DNA of 48,328 nt. Source: a virus. Within the stretch, counting starts at the first letter, position 1. The number at the start of each line of letters is the position of its first letter. The notes below the pieces were generated by a model. That model saw only the letters and a list, made by a program, of their open reading frames with translations, had not been told where the DNA came from and did not search any database. This document shows, piece by piece, positions 43,560 through 48,328 of this stretch. Position numbers and translations under genes: made by a program. Location: the UHGV virus genome UHGV-0207328. The stretch is one strand, 5' to 3'.

Positions 43560-46477
43560 TATTCTGTTGCCCTTCTGGTTGCAGTGGTATTGCTGGTAAT
43601 AGCCTGAGAAATAGGGCCGCCATTTTCTATGTCGGCAACGATAGTCTCAATTGTAACAGACCCATCGCCGTTATCAGTTGCGGTTGATGTAGCCGTTGCT
43701 CCGCTGCTGTTGTTTATGACGTTATTATAAATAACGACACCACTGCCGCCGCCGGTAAGGTCTTTGTTACTGATAACCTTTCCTGAATCTCCGGGAATCA
43801 TATACTGCTTACCTGTGCTGGCCTGGAATATTTCAGGGAGGTTATTCTCACCGACCTGATACATTGAGCCAGCCTGCGCAGGTCCACCATTCTTCAATGC
43901 CCCGGCAACAGACATGGCTTTAGCCACACCAACGGTAGAAACAATGCCAGCCTGCGCGGGGATTGCGTTAGCGCCAGCCGTGGCAAGTGAGGTCATTGCC
44001 GCTGCCGGGGCCATGGCCGCTGCGATTATCTGAGCCTGAGTCGCTGCCATCGCTGAGGCTGCGGTCATCCCAACCTGACCCATAATCACCGATTTAAGCC
44101 ACTCCACACCCATCTGAACGAATGAGTTAATCACAGCGTTCAACACAGTGCTGCCGATTGACTGTAGCGCCTCGCTAACAGACATTGAGCCAGTCAGAAC
44201 GCCAGTTAAGGCATTGCTTGCGGTTTGCCCAAAAGCATCAAATGCAGCAGCGGCCGCTTGGGTGGCCGCATTCTGCTGACTCCACTCCTGCCACATGGCA
44301 TCAAGGCGCTGCTGGCGGTATTGCTCCTCAATAGCGGATCTGGCCTGTTCAACCTCCGCTATCTTTTGCGGGTAAGCTACTGCGTAAGCATTGAGCGCTG
44401 CTAAATCTTTCTGATAATTTGTTTCAACGGAAAACATTGGAGAAGTCTGCGATTTTAATGCAGCGAATCCTTTTACAGCTTCGACCCTTTGCTTCTCTGC
44501 CTCGGCCTGAGCCTTGAGCGCGTTGGCGTTATCCCATGCCTTGGCCGCATATTGCCCGGCAAGGTTAATTTGCTCCTGAGTGGCCCCCTTACCAAGTGAT
44601 TGCTGAGCAGCCAGTATTGACTGTTCGCGGCTAAGCTCTCTTGTACTTTCAGCGGTAAGCAGTGACTTCTGGCGAAGCTGCTCAAGTTTATTGGCGATAT
44701 TCTCCTGCTCTGTGGCTGCTTTTTTCGCCGCTGAGTTTGCCGTACTTTGCGCGCTACGCTCATCTTTCAGAGCCTGTGCGTTTTTCTCCTGCTGCTGATA
44801 GGTTTGCAGGCGAACATTATAATAATCACGAAATGCCTGAGTCCCGGCCTTTAGGCCCTGATTTTCAGCATCACGCCATGCGAGAGCCTTCTGTTTCTCT
44901 ACGCCAGTCTGTCGTTCAATGAAAAGGGTCTGCTTAGCCTGCTGCAACGCTTTATCCTGCGAATCAGTTAACTCATCAGTCATTTGCTTCAGCAGTCGAA
45001 GGCGCTGTGTTGCATCAGCGCTGCTGGTTGCAATCTCAAGCAGTCTCTTTGCGTACTCCCGCGCCGTTGCTGCACCGCTGGATGTTCCTTCACCGACTCG
45101 TTGCAGAGTGACAACCAGCGCCTGCAATTTCTCATCAGATGGGTTTTTTGCAATATCAGAAAGCTGTTTTGCGAATTCGAAAGCCTGCTGGTCTGAGAGC
45201 TGGAATTTACCAGCTAATGCGCCTACCGTCGCAATCATGCCATTCATTGACGTCTGACCGGCCTGACCTGCTGCTGACGCTTGTTTAATGGCTTCCGTCC
45301 AGCTATTCGTTGTGATATTAAGCTGCGACATGTAGTCATTGAAAAGTTTCACGCTGGCATAGCCACCACCAAGCGATGAAACAAGCGAATCGCCAAATCC
45401 GATAAAGTCACTTGATGCTTTTGTGACTTCCGCTGAGACTTTAGATAGGGCCGCCTGCAACTCAAGCTGTGCCTGTTGGCGCATCAGGGTAGCTACTGCT
45501 GAGTTGGCTTTTGCAAGCTGGGCGAATTTGTCGGTATAGACAGCGACACCAGAAGATGAAACCGACACGACGCTATCCATGGTCGCTATGGCTTCTTTCA
45601 GTGAATCAACGGCGTTTTTTCCGTTTCCGAGTGACGCTATCAGTGAGCCAGCAATGACCGTTGCGATGGTCAGCACGGCGCCTGCCACGGGGCTAAACAC
45701 AGAAGCCAGCTGCGAACCTTGCTGACTAAATGCCACCAGCGCAGACTGCCCTCCCTGAACCTGAACGATAAAGTCCTGTATCTGATAGCCACCCTGCTGC
45801 ATTATATTTTTAAAGTTACCGGTGGACTTTCCGGCGGCCTCGGTGCCATTTTTCATGTCATACAGGCGGCCAGTAAGCTCAGCTATTTTTGCTTTCTGTG
45901 CGCCAGTGGCGCTATCTCCTGCACGAAGCTGTGCAGCCAGTATAGCCGCACTTCTTGCACCTTTTTCCGCTTGTTCGTCGAGGATTGCAATCTGGTTCCC
46001 AAGACTCTCAATCATTCTGTCAATGCCAGATATTGAGCCACCTGTTTCAGTTGACTGAGCGCCAAGCGCGCGAATTGCCTGAGTGACCTGATTGACTGAG
46101 TTTTGAAGTGCAAGGCCGGTTGCGTTCGCGGATACCTGCGCCTGCTGCATCTGTGCGAGTTGTTGGTTTAGGGCTGCAATAACTTGCTCTGCACCAGTGA
46201 CGCTGGAAGTTGTCGCCTCTACTGAACTGGCGGCAGTCTTCGACGATGAGGCCATATCCTTCAGCGTTGCATCAATCGAGCTTACAATTTTTGCCAGGGC
46301 TGAAAGCTCTTTGCCAGATGATGATGCCGCACCATCCAGCTTATCCATGCTTTTTGATGAGTTCTGCGCTGACTTGTCAATGCTGTCAAGTGCATCCTCT
46401 GCCTGTTTAGCGCCAGCAGTGAGGCCTGAAACCTCCATGCCAACCTCATAGACAATGCCGCCAACTTCTTCTGCCAT
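43559..46477 (-). CDS. tail tape measure protein
   Basis: 972 aa, Ala/Gln/Ser-rich coiled coil, C-terminal hydrophobic Gly/Ala-rich segment. Confidence 0.8.
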   Translation of the reverse strand: MAEEVGGIVYEVGMEVSGLTAGAKQAEDALDSIDKSAQNSSKSMDKLDGAASSSGKELSALAKIVSSIDATLKDMASSSKTAASSVEATTSSVTGAEQVIAALNQQLAQMQQAQVSANATGLALQNSVNQVTQAIRALGAQSTETGGSISGIDRMIESLGNQIAILDEQAEKGARSAAILAAQLRAGDSATGAQKAKIAELTGRLYDMKNGTEAAGKSTGNFKNIMQQGGYQIQDFIVQVQGGQSALVAFSQQGSQLASVFSPVAGAVLTIATVIAGSLIASLGNGKNAVDSLKEAIATMDSVVSVSSSGVAVYTDKFAQLAKANSAVATLMRQQAQLELQAALSKVSAEVTKASSDFIGFGDSLVSSLGGGYASVKLFNDYMSQLNITTNSWTEAIKQASAAGQAGQTSMNGMIATVGALAGKFQLSDQQAFEFAKQLSDIAKNPSDEKLQALVVTLQRVGEGTSSGAATAREYAKRLLEIATSSADATQRLRLLKQMTDELTDSQDKALQQAKQTLFIERQTGVEKQKALAWRDAENQGLKAGTQAFRDYYNVRLQTYQQQEKNAQALKDERSAQSTANSAAKKAATEQENIANKLEQLRQKSLLTAESTRELSREQSILAAQQSLGKGATQEQINLAGQYAAKAWDNANALKAQAEAEKQRVEAVKGFAALKSQTSPMFSVETNYQKDLAALNAYAVAYPQKIAEVEQARSAIEEQYRQQRLDAMWQEWSQQNAATQAAAAAFDAFGQTASNALTGVLTGSMSVSEALQSIGSTVLNAVINSFVQMGVEWLKSVIMGQVGMTAASAMAATQAQIIAAAMAPAAAMTSLATAGANAIPAQAGIVSTVGVAKAMSVAGALKNGGPAQAGSMYQVGENNLPEIFQASTGKQYMIPGDSGKVISNKDLTGGGSGVVIYNNVINNSSGATATSTATDNGDGSVTIETIVADIENGGPISQAITSNTTATRRATE

Positions 46478-47184
46478 TATTTTGCTCCTTTGCTTTTAGC
46501 GGCCTTTCTGGCGGCTTTCTCTTTCAGTTTCTGTTTATTCAGCTTAGCCTGCTCATACGACGCATCATACTGCTCGCGCGTCATGCCTTCCGGTTCCGGG
46601 TATTTTGATTTTATCATCTGCTGATACTCGGTCATGGTCAGGTCTTCGGCTTCCTCACGGGTGATTCCGAAATGAGTGCGAGCTGAAATGATGTAATCAG
46701 ACATTCTCAGCTCACTGGTTGTGCGCTTTTGGTTTTCCGAGCGCTGAGGAACCTTGAGCGGAGACTTGCCGATGATGCCATGCTCCATCAGGTTGCGAGC
46801 AATAATAATAATGTCATTTACTGGCATTCTTCCGGTGACGTACTTCACACCACGCGGAGTCGGCTTCCATGACCCAATGAGCGCCGAGATATCATCATCA
46901 CAACAGGACTGCATGATGAGATAGGCGGCGCTGAGCACTTTCTTACCATAGGCAGGACGTGACAGGATTTTTGCCACCTGAATCTGCGCGCCATACGGCA
47001 TTGACTGAATAGCGCCGAGTATGGCCGCGTATTCATAGCCATTAAGCGTAGCGTACAGTTCGACAATCTCTTTCGGTGAGCCAAGCTCATTCATCGCCGC
47101 AAATGATGGTTTGAAGAAAAAAGACTTGTCAGCCAGGGAGATGCGCATCTCTCCGATTTCTGTTAGCGGTGTGCGTTGTCTCAT
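46477..47184 (-). CDS. tail assembly chaperone
   Basis: 235 aa. Immediately upstream of and overlapping the tape measure gene. Lys-rich C-terminus. Confidence 0.45.
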   Translation of the reverse strand: MRQRTPLTEIGEMRISLADKSFFFKPSFAAMNELGSPKEIVELYATLNGYEYAAILGAIQSMPYGAQIQVAKILSRPAYGKKVLSAAYLIMQSCCDDDISALIGSWKPTPRGVKYVTGRMPVNDIIIIARNLMEHGIIGKSPLKVPQRSENQKRTTSELRMSDYIISARTHFGITREEAEDLTMTEYQQMIKSKYPEPEGMTREQYDASYEQAKLNKQKLKEKAARKAAKSKGAK

Positions 47185-47221
47185 GATGGAATCCTGTTTT
47201 CACAATGACGTAATTATACCA

Positions 47222-47251
47222 TTGACAGGGCGGACCAAGTTGACGTAGATT
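47222..47251 (+). promoter_or_regulatory. sigma70-like promoter TTGACA-N18-TAGATT overlapping a TTGACGTAGATT 12-mer
   Basis: -35 47222-47227, -10 47246-47251. AAGGAG RBS and ATG at 47281. Confidence 0.5.
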
Positions 47252-47280
47252 GATTCGGTAAGCCATAAGGAGTGCATAAA

Positions 47281-47409
47281 ATGAGCGAAACAGATGCTGA
47301 TTTGAGATTTTATATCGACCTCTACATCGATCAGGGTTATACCTACGAAGAGGCTCGGGTGAAGGCGATATTGTTGCTGGCTAAGGTCGGCGTAGTGGTG
47401 GAGGGGTGA
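47281..47409 (+). CDS. 42-aa ORF with consensus RBS
   Basis: AAGGAG 8 nt upstream of the ATG. Confidence 0.35.
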   Translation: MSETDADLRFYIDLYIDQGYTYEEARVKAILLLAKVGVVVEG

Positions 47410-47411
47410 GG

Positions 47412-47660
47412 ATGACCAGTCAAGGCAGTAAGTACAAGGAAGGCGAATATATTGATGTAATGGTAACGCTTGAGCTATCCGCGAAGTTCGCCATGCTAGA
47501 GCGCCGCCCGGTAAATGGCAGCATTAAGTCGTGCTGGCAGGCTATAAGGCCGCGAGTGACCAATGACCTTAACCGGAAGATTTTCGACTGCGTTAGTCGC
47601 CAGGCGATGCCGCATGGCGCGCTGTGCATGCTACGCCGCCAGCTGGATGAGTGCGCGTGA
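47412..47660 (+). CDS. hypothetical protein (82 aa)
   Basis: GAGGGGTGAGG RBS. ATG 47412 inside the 84-aa GTG-start frame. Confidence 0.4.
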   Translation: MTSQGSKYKEGEYIDVMVTLELSAKFAMLERRPVNGSIKSCWQAIRPRVTNDLNRKIFDCVSRQAMPHGALCMLRRQLDECA

Positions 47661-48328
47661 TGGTGGTCTGGTCGATGTTTGATGGCTCAGGGATTATGGT
47701 TAAACCGTGGGCAGAGGCAGGTCATGAATGCTACTGCTTTAATTATAATGGTGCGAATCATGGCGACTATGAGTCAATTCGCGTTAAGCACATCAACATT
47801 CACTATGTAAACATCTGGATTGATGACCTGTTTAATGGCTCTGTGAGGACTATGGGCATTCCAGCCCCAGGGATTATCTTTGCCTTCCCTGACTGCACTG
47901 AGTTCGCCTCATCCGGCGCAAAGCATGGCCATGAAGGACTAGCTTCCCTGCATAGCGCTCGTCTTGTCGAGCGAATCGCCGGGCGCTACGGAATCCCCTG
48001 GATGGTGGAAAACCCGGTGGGCAAGATGTCAACGCTCTGGCGCAAGCCGGATTACTACTTCGACCCGTATGAGTATGGCGGTTACATGGACGGCAGCGAG
48101 GAAAGTTTTCACCCGAAGATGCCAGCTTATGACGGGTACACGAAAAAGACCTGCATTTGGGCTGGCGGAGGGTTTGTAATGCCAGAGAAAAAGCCGGGTC
48201 CGATAAATATTGGAATGTTCTGGGGATGGAGATGGTTGGGCGGCAAATCTCAGCGCACCAAGCAACTTCGCTCACTAACGCCGCGCGGATTTGCCAGAGC
48301 AGTATATGAGGCTAATCATGAACGTTGA
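47651..48328 (+). CDS. minimal C5-cytosine DNA methyltransferase-like protein (225 aa)
   Basis: motif I-like FDGSG, motif IV-like FPDCTEFASSG (PC dipeptide), motif VI-like MVENPVG. Stop codon is the last triplet of the window. Confidence 0.45.
   Translation: MRVMVVWSMFDGSGIMVKPWAEAGHECYCFNYNGANHGDYESIRVKHINIHYVNIWIDDLFNGSVRTMGIPAPGIIFAFPDCTEFASSGAKHGHEGLASLHSARLVERIAGRYGIPWMVENPVGKMSTLWRKPDYYFDPYEYGGYMDGSEESFHPKMPAYDGYTKKTCIWAGGGFVMPEKKPGPINIGMFWGWRWLGGKSQRTKQLRSLTPRGFARAVYEANHER

Noticed and set aside
44473-45257. Several 70-112-aa ORFs on both strands within the tape measure gene
   Set aside because: They are shadow frames of the long, compositionally biased tape measure gene.
1-48328. 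Lysogeny module (integrase, CI-like repressor, attP), CRISPR array, tRNA or rRNA genes
   Set aside because: I scanned for tyrosine or serine recombinase motifs, repeat-spacer periodicity and tRNA or rRNA signatures and found none. The organisation and the divergent early region fit a virulent T1-like phage.

Overview
The window reads as an essentially complete, probably circularly permuted ~48.3 kb genome of a virulent T1-like (Drexlerviridae-type) siphovirus of an enterobacterial host. Leftward (minus-strand) operons encode TerS/TerL, portal, SPP1-gp7-like head morphogenesis protein, prohead protease/scaffold, decoration protein, major capsid protein, head-tail connectors, an Ig-domain major tail protein, tail chaperone, 972-aa tape measure, lambda M/L/K/I-J-like tip proteins and tail fibers. 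A lambda R-like transglycosylase / holin / embedded Rz-Rz1 lysis cassette is also present. A rightward early operon (28310-36224) carries an unknown 496-aa protein, ASCH protein, TOPRIM primase, SF2 helicase, VRR-NUC, exonuclease, Erf and SSB. It is separated from a leftward early operon of small genes by an AT-rich divergent control region holding two near-consensus sigma70 promoters and DnaA-box-like repeats. I found no integrase or repressor, no tRNA and no CRISPR. Rightward promoter-to-terminator accessory cassettes are embedded antisense within the leftward structural operons. Several sit just downstream of a conserved 12-mer (TTGACGTAGATT; six exact copies) or a TTGAC(A/G)-N17/18-TAGATT promoter. 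These cassettes carry the most unusual content: a half-size DnaN beta-clamp homolog next to a DGQHR/ParB-like nuclease-domain protein, an MT-A70 adenine methyltransferase, a minimal C5-cytosine-MTase-like protein and an HNH endonuclease. Elsewhere there is a Lar-type restriction-alleviation zinc-ribbon protein, a triple zinc-ribbon-repeat T5orf172/GIY-YIG-like gene between portal and head morphogenesis genes, and seven small (four membrane) genes between TerL and portal.
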